Part shown: one piece after another, positions 21,718 through 31,934 of the stretch
Layout of the letters: the number at the start of each line of letters is the position of its first letter
How positions within the stretch are numbered: position 1 is the first letter of the stretch
DNA from: Bryobacterales bacterium
Lineage (GTDB): Bacteria > Acidobacteriota > Terriglobia > Bryobacterales > UBA6623
Length of the DNA: 64,000 bases
NCBI GenBank assembly: GCA_963422375.2
Contig: OY729428.2
Coordinates: forward strand, 3,552,001 to 3,616,000
Direction: 5' to 3'
Notes under the pieces: model-generated
Database searches by the model: none
What the model was told of the DNA's origin: nothing
The model's input: the letters and a program-made list of their open reading frames with translations, nothing else
Translations under genes and position numbers: made by a program

Positions 21718-24186
21718 CTAGGGCACCAACTCGGCGCCGAACGCCCCGTCGATCGAAACCCGCTCGTTGCCGACGCCCAGCATGCCGCCGTTTATGTAGG
21801 TGGTACCCCACGTGCCGACGATGGCCAGCGGCGACTCGCCGTCCTGGTCCACGAACCAGCCCCGGACGTTGACGTTGAGTGGATAGTCTTTCACACTCAC
21901 GTTCAGCATGTTCTCGCCATCACCACCCTTCCGGAAGAACGTTTCAAGCGTCTTAATATGCGCCTTGGGTTCACTGTCGATGTTCGGCCTGCTTTCAGTG
22001 TTGAGCCAATCATTGTAGTTTTTGCTGGTGATGTCGCTTGGTAGCTTTAATGCTTCGGGCTGCCCGTCACCGCCTACCAAGCTGCCGTCGTCTTTGGTGA
22101 GCAGGGTGTTGTATCTCACTTTCAACTTCGAGTTCAGCCTCGACTTGAACGACAAGCGTTTTGCGCCGTCTTTTTCGATATTCGCGGTGAAGCTCAGCGA
22201 TTCCACCTCGTACGTGCCGGGCCTCGGGTCCGTGTCCGTGAAGCGCCCGTCCGCATTTTCGTAGTGCGGCAGGCCGTGCAGCAGCCGGCCGTAGGTGAGG
22301 TCGGTCGAGATCAGGTCGCTGACCGTCAGGCGGATCGTGCCGAGGGAATCGGAGTCGCTGCTTCCGCCGCTGCTTCCGCCGCCCCACATCACTAGCGCCT
22401 CGAGGTCGCCCGTGTAGAAAATACTTTCGCCGACCGCCACTGTCTTTCCTCGGTACGTCGCCGTCCCGGTACCCGGGCTGTCCATGAACGCCTCCGCCGG
22501 GATGTACGCGAAAACGTCCCACGCGCCGAAGCCGCCCGCCAGCGTGGTGTCGTCGCCGTCCACCTTCCACACCCCGACCGCTTCCGACCCGGACTCCGCG
22601 TCCCGGCCCAGCAGCCGCCCGCTGAATTCCGCCCCCGACACTTCATCGTCCGGGAAGGCGCCCGCCTGCGGCGCGTACGACACCCGCGCCTCTTTGCCGG
22701 TCACGCTCCAGCTCCCCGTCCGCGGCGACAGCGTGGCCCGCGGCAGCGCGATGCGCGCCACCGCGCCGCCCAGCCCGTGCGTCCAGGCCTCGCCGTCGGA
22801 CGTCTCCAGGTGCTCCACCAGGCCGTCCACGGCGTTCCGCGAGAAGCGCACGTGCACGGTCATGGAGCCCTCGTACAGCTTGCCCTTGCTGTCCGCCGCG
22901 TGCGTCCACCCCAAGTAATAGGCGGAGCCCGCCGCCTGCACGTCGCTGGCCTGCCGCACGGTCTCCGCCGTCGACCACGCGAACCCCTGCGCGGCGAGCT
23001 TTTTCGGGTCGAAGTCCGCCGCCTTGGCGTGGGCGCGCTGCTTGCGCGCGGCCGCCCCGAAGCGCGTCGACCCCAGGCTGCCCAGCGTCGCGTCCGCCTC
23101 CCACTCGCGCGCGTTGTACGTGCGCTTCGCCACGCCCGCGTTCAGGCCGAGGAATTTCAGCACCCCCTGCCCGTCTCCGGACGAGGCCGCGACGAACGCG
23201 GACTCGCTCTCCAGGGCCTCCAGCACCGCCTCCAGCGCCGCCTCCACGCGCCGCCCGTTCACCTCCGGATCCAGCCGCCGGACGGGGACGACGGACTTGC
23301 CGCCCTGAGCGCTGACCTCCTGCTTCTTGCCGCCATCCAGCTTGTCGACCTGGTCGTCGGCCTTGTTCCAGACGTCCTCGAGCAGGCCCCGCAGCGTCGC
23401 CGAGTCGTCGGCGTAGATCTCGACCAGCTAGGCGGTCTGGTCGCGCAGCTCGCCGAGCTCCTCCGCGACCTCCTCGGCCACCGTCTTGTCCGGCTCGTCC
23501 GACCCGCGGTTCGGCTCGTCGCCCCAGCGCAGCAGGTCCGCCATCGAGAACTCCGCCCCGACCGCCTCCAGCGCCGTGCCCGTCTCGTCGGCGCCCGTGG
23601 CGGCGTCGTCGGCGCTCAGCTTCGGCTCCGCCAAGTCCCCCGCGGCGTTCTCGTGCCACGCCTTGCCGGCCATCGGCAGGTCGTAGCGCGCCCCCGCCAG
23701 CTCCCCGCCGGCGTCCGGCGCCACGCGGTACCGCGCGTCGCCCACGACCAGGTCGCCCACGCCGCTCGCCGGCAGCGTCGCCTCCTCGACCGCGTACCCC
23801 GAGCCGTCCTCGGCGGGCGTCGCCATCAGCCCCGTGCCCTTGATCTCCACCGACTCCGGCCGGTACTCCACCGTCCACGCCCCGTCGGCCAGCGTCAGCT
23901 CGTACACGTTCGGTTTGCCCGTCACGCCCGTGCCCGCCTCGAGCCTGTGTCCCGTCGCCACGGCCTCCTCGCCGATCATCCACTTGCCGGCCTCGGTCGT
24001 CATCAGCGTGACGGTTCCGCCGCTCGTGCCCAGTGCCACCTCCACCGCCTGCGGCTGGAACGGCGGGGGTGCCGGCGGGGCCGTCACGGCGGCCGGCTCG
24101 GCACCGCCGGAGGCTGCCAAGCCCAGCGACAGTGCAACCAGCGCCCCGAGCAGCCCGAAAGTGCGTGCGAACTTGCTCCAGTTCAT
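21718..24186 (-). pseudogene. Large secreted/surface protein with two TbpB-like beta-barrel ends; single in-frame TAG at 23428-23430
   Basis: AGGAG RBS, signal peptide MNWSKF...LGLAASGG, Pro-rich linker. ORFs 23428-24477 and 21718-23262 share one frame (823 codons). Repeated G.W...G(G/A)FGA motifs. Confidence 0.7.
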
Positions 24187-24470
24187 GATTGTCTTCTCCT
24201 CTTTACCCTTGTTGTCCTTCTCGCGGCACCGGATGCTCCCCGCACCCCACCTACGCCTGCTGGAGCGATCCAGCTTGCGCAAGCGCTTACGGACAAAGCT
24301 ATCACGACTCGGCAACCGCTGTTGACTGAAGGGAGGGCATCCGTTTGCATGGGGCATTCCGCCCAGCCAGCCAGCCAGCTCATGGCTCATTAGGTCGTCC
24401 GCACAGGTGCCGGGTGCCAATCCAAGACACATGGTGGAGTGCGGGCAAGCGGGGCAAGCACCACGCTTTA

Positions 24471-25164
24471 CCTGCATTCACGCCGGTTTTCCATCCCTGA
24501 TCCGCGAATAAGAAACCGGTGAAAAGACCAGAACGGCTTGATTTCACCATGGTTTTTCCGGCCCGCTGCGCCCGGCGGGAATTGCACCTGCGGGGTGCAA
24601 GCATACGGCCTAGGAGAACTGCTGCCCGCTGCCCCGCGACACGGTCCCCCAAGTGTCTTTCGACGTGGCCAGGGAGGACCTGACCGGCCGGGCCGGGCTG
24701 GCCTGCGTGGCGCGCCTGATCCGATGCCTCGATCTCGGCGACTTGCTGCGGCGCAAGGTGCGCGTCAAGCGCCGTCGCCGCGGCTGCAGCGACGAGCGAA
24801 ACCTGCTGGCGCTGATGCTGTCCTTCTGCGGCGGCGGCCATCTCGGCGACGTGGACGACCGCGGCGCCGACAGCGCGGCCTGCCACCTGGCGGGCCTGGG
24901 CGCAGTGCCCGGCAGCCGCCGCCGCGGCGCATGCCTGGCGCGCAGGAGCGACAAGCCGCGGGCGGGCCTGCGGGCATGCGCGCGGCTGGTCAGCCGGCGG
25001 CTGGTGCCGCCAGTGGCGCGGCACAGCCTGGAGACGCTGGGCTAGGTGCCGGTGTGCGTCGACGGCAGCGACAGCGCGGTCTCCGGCCGGCACGGCGACG
25101 GCACGGCTAGAGGCGACAACGGGGAGCGGCCGTACTGGCTGCACGCGGTGTGCGGGGGCGCGGC
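24471..25164 (+). mobile_element. Truncated second-type IS1380 element (left end plus N-terminal transposase fragment)
   Basis: Probable CCTGCATTCAC end; LTGRAGL...GGGHLGDVD...LAGLGAVP pattern; cut by the IS1380 copy at 25169. Confidence 0.6.
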
Positions 25165-25168
25165 CTAG

Positions 25169-27086
25169 CCCGGATAATTCATGAGTAGCCCGGAGGGCCA
25201 TAGTCCGGTCCCTCCGCCCGGGCCGTGAGGGCCCCCGGTCCAGCGCGATCCTCACTCCTAGGAGTGCCCTGCGATCCCCGGCGGCAGCCCCGGCCCGGTC
25301 CGATCGAGATCCAAGTTTATACTCTGAAGTGGTTTTCATCCGGTAGGTTGTAATGAATACATGGTCGCAGCCGCAGGCTCCCAAGGCGTTCTGTTCCGCA
25401 ATCCGCGCCGTCGCCCCGTCGCCGTCCGCTGCGATCACGAGCGCAGCAGCTCCGACGGCGGCGCTGTCCCGGTCGAGGCCGCCGACCGCGCTCCCGGCCT
25501 CACCGCGGCGTTCGCCGGCTGCCTGCGCGACCGGCGCCTGCCCTCCGAGGTCTCCAAGGTGCTCCACTCCCTCGCCGACAGGCTCCGCCAGCGCATCTAC
25601 GGCCTCGCCTGCGGCTACGAGGACTGCCACGACGCCGGGCGCCTCGGCGGCGACCCCGTGTTCAAGCTGCCGCTCGGGCGCGACCCCTGGCAGGGTCGCG
25701 ACCTGCCGTCCCGGCCCACCCTGTCGCGCTTCGAGAACGCCGTCACCGCGGACGCGCCGAGCGCGCTGTCCGCGGTACCGGCCCGCTGCGTCGTGCGGCG
25801 CCGGCACGAGCGGCGCCCCGAGACGAGCATCGTCGGGCTGGACTTCGACCCGACCTGCGACCCGACGCACGGGGCCCGCAGCTGGCGCTGTTCAACGGCT
25901 TCTACGACACGCATTGCTACTTGCCGCTGGTGGGCGTGGTGCGCTTCGACAACGAGCGCGAGCAGCATCTCGTGGCGGCGCTGCTGCGCTCGGGCACGGC
26001 CGCCGCCGCGGAGGGCTTGCTGCCGCTGCTGCGGGAATTCTTCCCGCGGGCGACGCTGCGCCTGCGCTGGGACGCGGGCTTCCAAGGGGACGAGCTGCCG
26101 GCCTATGGCGAGCGCGAGGGCCTGGAGTGCGTGGTGTACCTGCAGAAGAACGCGGTGCCGGAGCGGCGCGCGGCCCCGTTGCGGGCGGCCGTCGAGGCCC
26201 GACGCGCGCCCGGAGGCAACCCGGGCACGGACCCCGGCGGGGCAGCGGCGGCCGCGGGGGACCCGCCGTCCCGGCTGGAGCAGTTGCGGGCGCAGTACGC
26301 GCGGCCGGGAGCCGGCACGCAGGGGGGCCGGCCGGGAGCGGAGGACGCGGGCAAGAACCCGGGCCCGCTGCACGGGCAGTTCGTCTACCGGGCGGGCCGC
26401 CGGTCGCGGGCGCGGCGGGTGACCGTCAAGGCGGACGCGAGCGAGTTTCCCGGGCGCGCCCCGCAGTGGCACCCGCGCTACGCGGTGACCAACGCGGGCG
26501 GCAGCCCGCGGCGCCTCTGCGAGCGGATCCACTGCCTGCGCGGAGACGTGGAGAACCGCGTCGAGGAGCTCGAGCACGGGATGCGGATGGACCGCGCCAG
26601 CTGCTCGAGCTTCGCGGCGAACCGGTTCCGCGCGCCGCTCGCGGCGGCGGCCTGCGTGATCATGCAGGAACTGCGCTGGCAGGCACGGGACACGCCGCTG
26701 CGGAAGCGCCGGGTGGACGGGTTGCGCCTCGGCCTGCCGAAGCCGGGGGCGCGGGTCGCGGCCACGGCGAAGCCGATCGTGCTGCGAGTGCCGCGGACGG
26801 CACCGTTCCGGGACGCCTGGGCGGTGGTGGCGCGGGGCTTGGGGGCCGTGCCGATATGACGCCGGGCCGGGTCCATCCGGAGAGTGTCGGCAGGCGCCGG
26901 GGGAAACCGTGCCTGCCCCCCGGGCGGGTGCCGCCAAGGAGGTGTCCGCGGCCCGCACGCCGCTCGCGAGACGCCCCGCAAGCCCCGCATTCCCCGCCCG
27001 CAGGCGTTTCGGAAGCAGATTTGGCGGCCATCGAGGGCCCGGAAACTGGATTCATGAGCCTGCGCCGCATTCGTGAATAATGCGGG
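25169..27086 (+). mobile_element. IS1380-family element, copy 2 (frameshifted transposase), inverted relative to copy 1
   Basis: TIRs CCCGGATAATTCATGA / TCGTGAATAATGCGGG; CTAG at 25165-25168 and 27087-27090; near-identical to 19779-21717. Confidence 0.88.
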
Positions 27087-27117
27087 CTAGGGCGCTCCCG
27101 CCAGTTACAGGTCTTCG

Positions 27118-27152
27118 CTATGGCCGGCGGCGGCGAACCGCGCCGGCCATAG
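27118..27152 (-). terminator. Strong hairpin just after lptE (terminator or 3' stabiliser candidate)
   Basis: 12-bp perfect arms CTATGGCCGGCG/CGCCGGCCATAG with an inner TTCG loop, 7 nt after the stop; no U-tract. Confidence 0.45.
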
Positions 27153-27159
27153 TGGGCGC

Positions 27160-27702
27160 TCAGAATCCGGACAGCACCGCCGAGACGAGGGTCGCGGCCA
27201 TCGTGCGGCTGGCGCGGCGCATCGCGGCGTCCCGCTCGTTCACGTACGCCTCGGGGTCGGCGCTCACCTCGTAGGTCTCGCGATGGGTGAGATCCGGGTT
27301 GCTGTAGAGCTCGGCCCCGTCTTGCTTGTCGTACAGCGCGACATGCACGCGGGTCACGGTCATGACGCTGGTCGCCCGGCCCGTCAGGGGATCGAAGTTC
27401 TGCGGAATCGCGTCGAAGAGCATGACGGTTCCGACGAGGGTCGCGTCGGCCCCCGCCTCGCTGCCAACCACGCCGTAGCGGGTGCGGGCCAGCATTTCGC
27501 GCACCACCGCTTGGGTCAGGTACTGCTCGATCTTGAACTCCGAGGTCGCGTTGGAGAAGGCCGGGACAGCGATCGTGCGGATTCTGGCGGGCAGCAGGTC
27601 GGCGCTGCCGGCGAGGCGGTAGCCGCACGAGGCGCACCACGTCCAGCACGTCAGCAGCGCGAGCCAAGCGACGCGCCGGTCCACGGTCGGAACGGGCGGC
27701 AT
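27160..27702 (-). CDS. lptE: LPS assembly lipoprotein LptE family
   Basis: Lipobox-like ASCGYRLAG; IRTIAVPAFSNAT...IEQYLTQAV; ADATLVG. Confidence 0.8.
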   Translation of the reverse strand: MPPVPTVDRRVAWLALLTCWTWCASCGYRLAGSADLLPARIRTIAVPAFSNATSEFKIEQYLTQAVVREMLARTRYGVVGSEAGADATLVGTVMLFDAIPQNFDPLTGRATSVMTVTRVHVALYDKQDGAELYSNPDLTHRETYEVSADPEAYVNERDAAMRRASRTMAATLVSAVLSGF

Positions 27703-27706
27703 GGCG

Positions 27707-28582
27707 CTAGAGACTCACCGGCGGCGGCTCCGCCGCCTCGCCGTCCTCGGCCGGCGGGGCGGGCTTGCGCAGCACGCTGGTCGCACGCGTGAGGACGCCG
27801 CTGGACGCGAACATGACGGCCATCGCCAGCAGGACGGGCCGGGAGAAGTTCCAGACGAGAAAGATCAGGCTGGCGAAGAAGACCACGCCAATCGCCGGCC
27901 GCCGCATGAAGTTGAGCTCCTTGAAGCTGCGGAAGCGCCAGCCGGAGATCATCAGGAAGCCGAGCGCTGCCAGCAGGCAGCACCAGAGCAGTCCGCCCGG
28001 GAACCAGTCCTGGATCGGCTGCCCACCGCGGAAATGCACGACGGCGCCGAGGAGGCCTGCCGACGGCGGTATCGGGAGGCCGACGAAATACTTCCGGTGC
28101 GACGGCCCCGGATTCTTCGGGGTCGGGTCCTTGGTGACGTTGAAGCGGGCCAGGCGCAGCGCGCCGCAGGTCAGGTAGAGGAACGTGCAGAAGTAGCCGA
28201 GTCTCGGGAGAACGTCGACCAACGGCCCGGGTCCCGGCGGCAGCGCGCCGCGCATGCCCCAGGAGAACGCCAGCAGGGCGGGTCCCGCGCCGAACGTCAC
28301 GCAGTCCGCGAGCGAGTCGAGCTCGCCCCCGAAGTCGCTGGTCGACTTGGTCAGGCGGGCGATCCGTCCGTCCAGGCCGTCAGTCAGCATGGCGATTCCG
28401 ATCGCGATCGCCGCGTAGTCGAACAGCCTCGCGGCGTCGGCGGCTAGATGCGGGGGCAGCGAGACCGCCCGTATGGTCTGCACTAGCGTGTAGTAGCCGC
28501 AGAACATCGTCCCGACCGTGAAGGCCGTGGGCAGCGCGATCCGCGGCCGCCCGTCCCGGCGGCCGGCCCTGCGAATCCTCAT
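27707..28582 (-). CDS. pssA: CDP-diacylglycerol--serine O-phosphatidyltransferase
   Basis: DGLDGRIARLT...FGGELDSLAD, ALRLARFN, FVGLPIP; adjacent to psd. Confidence 0.9.
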   Translation of the reverse strand: MRIRRAGRRDGRPRIALPTAFTVGTMFCGYYTLVQTIRAVSLPPHLAADAARLFDYAAIAIGIAMLTDGLDGRIARLTKSTSDFGGELDSLADCVTFGAGPALLAFSWGMRGALPPGPGPLVDVLPRLGYFCTFLYLTCGALRLARFNVTKDPTPKNPGPSHRKYFVGLPIPPSAGLLGAVVHFRGGQPIQDWFPGGLLWCCLLAALGFLMISGWRFRSFKELNFMRRPAIGVVFFASLIFLVWNFSRPVLLAMAVMFASSGVLTRATSVLRKPAPPAEDGEAAEPPPVSL

Positions 28583-28592
28583 CGACGCTTCC

Positions 28593-29192
28593 TCAGCGGC
28601 GCTCGGCCAGCACCGAGCTGCCTCCCGCCACGCGGTCGCCGCGGGCCACGGCCAGCGTCCACTCCGGACCGAGCAGGACATCCACACGGGAGCCGAACTT
28701 GATCAGGCCGAAGCGCTCGCCCTTCGCGACGTCGTCCCCAGCCCTCTTGCGGCACACGATGCGCCGCGCCACCAAGCCGGCGATCTGCTTGACCTCCACC
28801 GAGCCGGCGTCCCCCTCGATGACCAAGGTGTTGCGCTCGTTTTCGACAGACGCCGCCTCCAGGTGCGCGAGCCGGAACCGCCCGCGGTCGTAGCGGACGG
28901 ACCGCACGCGGCCTCCGACGGGGCTCCGATTCACGTGGACGTCGAAGATGCTGAGGAAGATGCTGACGCGGGTCCGCCCGTCGGGCTCGGGGCGCACCTG
29001 CACGACCCTCCCGTCGGCGGGGGAGACGCACACGGGCCCCTCCGGAACGGCTCGGTCGGGGTCGCGAAAGAAGTAGAGGCAGAATAGCGCCAGCGCAACC
29101 CACGGCAGGGCCCACCAAGCGCCCGCCGCGACACCGCAGGCCAGCGCCGCGGCCGAGAGCCCCGCGGCGTAGCGCCACCCGTCCTTCACCAT
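28593..29192 (-). CDS. psd: Phosphatidylserine decarboxylase (short type)
   Basis: FFRDPDR, SPADG, FDVHVNRSP, ENER, QIAGLVARRI, IKFGSRVD. Confidence 0.93.
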   Translation of the reverse strand: MVKDGWRYAAGLSAAALACGVAAGAWWALPWVALALFCLYFFRDPDRAVPEGPVCVSPADGRVVQVRPEPDGRTRVSIFLSIFDVHVNRSPVGGRVRSVRYDRGRFRLAHLEAASVENERNTLVIEGDAGSVEVKQIAGLVARRIVCRKRAGDDVAKGERFGLIKFGSRVDVLLGPEWTLAVARGDRVAGGSSVLAERR

Positions 29193-29232
29193 GCCGACCT
29201 AGCCTCGGACTTGCAGAGCGGGCCGGCGAAGC

Positions 29233-29466
29233 TCATTCCGCGTGCGCCGCGCGAACGGCCAGCATGCTGGCCATCTGGTCCTTCAGGTGCAGCTTCATCT
29301 TCTTCAGGCGCGCTTCCTCGGTCTGCTCCTCCTGGGATGGGAAGCGGCGCGCGCTCAGCTCGCCGATGCGGCGCTCGTACTCGGCGTGCTGGCGCTTGAG
29401 CCTTCTAAACTCCTCGCTTGAATTCATCAACTCCTCGACCAGCCGGGCGTTGGTTGCATGCGACAT
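29233..29466 (-). CDS. DUF465/YdcH family small helical protein
   Basis: EFRRLKRQHAEY...LKKMKLHLKDQM; AGGAGG RBS. Confidence 0.8.
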   Translation of the reverse strand: MSHATNARLVEELMNSSEEFRRLKRQHAEYERRIGELSARRFPSQEEQTEEARLKKMKLHLKDQMASMLAVRAAHAE

Positions 29467-29667
29467 GCTATGTCGTCCCTCCTATAGGCGCGATACCCAC
29501 TCGAGCACGCGGGGCGGGCCTCGGCACGGTGCCGCCCGCTCGCGACAGTCCGGCATCTAGACGCGTTCACTCTAACAGACTCACTTACCCCGCGCGATCC
29601 GGCGGGGCGCCCGGCCGGGTAGACGGCAGCGCCTCACGGGAGCCGCCCGGCACCATGCCCGCGTCGG

Positions 29668-31245
29668 CTAGCGCCCGGCGACGAAGCTCTCCGAGTCTTC
29701 CAGCAGCTGCTGCGCCTCCGGCAGGGCCTCCACGGCCTTCTGCACTTCCGGATCCAGCTCGTAGTAGACGCGCTGCCCCTCCTCGATGTCGAAGGCGGAG
29801 TTGTAGACCTCGCGCTTGATGAACCGGCGCATGAACTCGACATTGGCCTCGAAGTCGGACGGCTCGAATTCGATCTGCTCCCCGATTAGGAACTGCCGGA
29901 ACTCCTCGATCACCTCGTCGGACGCGTCCCAGCCGGCGGGCAGGTCCGAATGCTCGCGGCTGTAGTCCTGGGCGAACGTGTCGATTGCGTAGTTCTGGGC
30001 CAGAATCCACTGGAAGTCGTTGCCGCGCTCCTCCTCGAACTCCATGTCGGGCGTGATGCCGCCGCCGGCGAAGACCTTGCGGCCCTTGTCCGTCTGCCGT
30101 ACGCCCTCGCGGATGGGCCGGTAGCCCTCGCTGCAGGGGTTGGTGTAGTAGTCGAGCATGGATACGCCGTCGTAGCGCCGCTGGATCAGGCGCCCGCTGG
30201 GCGTGTAGTACCGCGCCGTCGTCAGGGCGAGGCCCGAGGCCTCGGAGAGGGTGAAGACGGTCTGCACCAAGCCCTTGCCGAACGTGTTGCTTCCCACGAT
30301 CAGCGCGCGGTCGTGGTCCTGCAAGGCTCCGGCCACGATTTCCGACGCCGAGGCGGAGTTGCAGTTCACCATAACCACCATGGGATAGACGCGCCCGCCG
30401 TTGCCGCGACGCACGGTGTAGGTCCGCTCCCGCGAGGAACGCCCGTGGTGCGAGACGATCGTCTGGCCCTTCTCTAGGAACCGGTCCGAAACGCGGACGC
30501 CCTCGCTCAGCAGGCCGCCGCGGTTCCCGCGCAGGTCAAGCACCAAGCCGCTGAGATCCTTTGCGTTCAGCTTCGCCAGGGCCGCGTCGAGCTCCCTGCC
30601 CGTGTTCTCGTTGAAGGTGTCGATGCGCAGGAAGCCGACGCCGGGCCTGAGCTCGAAGGCCGTCGGGACGCTGGGCCGCGGGATCCTAGCGCGGGTGACG
30701 GTGAACTCCAGCAGCTCCTCGGATCCGCGACGGTCCACGCTGATGTTGACGGAAGTACTGGCCGGCCCTCGCAGCCGATCCGCGACCTCGCCCAGTTCCA
30801 AGCCCTCGACGTCCTTGCCGTCGACCTTGACGATGACATCGCCGGGCCGCAGTCCGGCCTTGTAGGCCGGCGTCCGCGGGAAGGGCGCGATGACGATGGT
30901 GCCGCCGTTGCGCGTGCCGATCTGCATGCCGACGCCGGCGTAGTGGCCCTTCTGGTCCTCGCGCAGCTGCTTGAAGGCCTCCGGGCTGAAGAACGAGGAA
31001 TGCGGATCGAGGGACCGCAGCATGCGCGGGATCGCGCCTTGGAACATGACATCGGACGCTTCCAGGCCGGCCGCGTAGTTGTCCTCGACCAAGGCGAGAA
31101 TCCTGGAGAACTGGCGAACGCTCTGCTGGATCTGCGTGTCGGCGGGCTCGGACGCCGCGTGCGCCCACGTGTTCCAGAAGAGGCCCGCGACGGCTACCGC
31201 GCATCCGAGCGCGACAAGCACGAGGGACCTTGCTCTGACGTTCAT
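29668..31245 (-). CDS. S41 carboxy-terminal processing peptidase
   Basis: LDPHS, PDZ domain, LDLRGNRGG, SASASEIVAGALQD, FGKGLVQ, YYTPSGR. Confidence 0.93.
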   Translation of the reverse strand: MNVRARSLVLVALGCAVAVAGLFWNTWAHAASEPADTQIQQSVRQFSRILALVEDNYAAGLEASDVMFQGAIPRMLRSLDPHSSFFSPEAFKQLREDQKGHYAGVGMQIGTRNGGTIVIAPFPRTPAYKAGLRPGDVIVKVDGKDVEGLELGEVADRLRGPASTSVNISVDRRGSEELLEFTVTRARIPRPSVPTAFELRPGVGFLRIDTFNENTGRELDAALAKLNAKDLSGLVLDLRGNRGGLLSEGVRVSDRFLEKGQTIVSHHGRSSRERTYTVRRGNGGRVYPMVVMVNCNSASASEIVAGALQDHDRALIVGSNTFGKGLVQTVFTLSEASGLALTTARYYTPSGRLIQRRYDGVSMLDYYTNPCSEGYRPIREGVRQTDKGRKVFAGGGITPDMEFEEERGNDFQWILAQNYAIDTFAQDYSREHSDLPAGWDASDEVIEEFRQFLIGEQIEFEPSDFEANVEFMRRFIKREVYNSAFDIEEGQRVYYELDPEVQKAVEALPEAQQLLEDSESFVAGR

Positions 31246-31429
31246 AGGGGGACTCGATATACCGCCCGCCGGGCGCGCCGGGGATCGGAACGAGTATAGC
31301 AACACGCTCGCGGGCTCTCGGCGTGCGACGCCCCGCGGGCCCGGACGCGCCTGAGACCGCGCGCGGCGCCGCCCCAACGCGCCGCTCCCGGCGGGAACTG
31401 CTCTACTATGGTAGTTTGGAGAGCGAATC

Positions 31430-31885
31430 GTGCAGAAACAGGCCAAGTTCGTCTTGATTGTGGCGGCCATCGTGGCCACCCTCGCTTGGATGGGCGTGAG
31501 CGGCGTGCGGGAGAGCGCCACGTACTACGTGACGCTGGATGAACTGCTCGCCTTGGACAACCCCGGCTCCAAGCGCATCCGGGTCGGCGGGGACGTCGCG
31601 GACGGATCGATCACGCGCCATGCCGACAGGGTGGAGTTCAGGCTCCACCAGCAGGACGAGACCATGCCGGCGCCGAAGACCCTCGATGTCGTCTACACGG
31701 GCGAAGACCCGCTGCCGGACACCTTCCGCGACAAGGCGCAGGCCCTGTGCGACGGCTTCCTGCGCACGGACGGCAAGTTCGAGGCGACGAAGATCCAAGC
31801 CAAGTGCGCGTCCAAGTACGAGGCGGAGCCCGAGGGCGGAGCGATGCCGACCTACGGCGCCGAGGCCTTGGGCGCGACGGACTAG
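31430..31885 (+). CDS. ccmE: Cytochrome c maturation heme chaperone, CxxxY variant
   Basis: YYVT, IRVGG.V..GSI, LPDTF, AKCASKY. Confidence 0.9.
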   Translation: MQKQAKFVLIVAAIVATLAWMGVSGVRESATYYVTLDELLALDNPGSKRIRVGGDVADGSITRHADRVEFRLHQQDETMPAPKTLDVVYTGEDPLPDTFRDKAQALCDGFLRTDGKFEATKIQAKCASKYEAEPEGGAMPTYGAEALGATD

Positions 31886-31934
31886 CCGTGCCTAGTGCAA
31901 GGGCCGGCCGGGGCGGGGGGAGTTCGGCAGCGCG

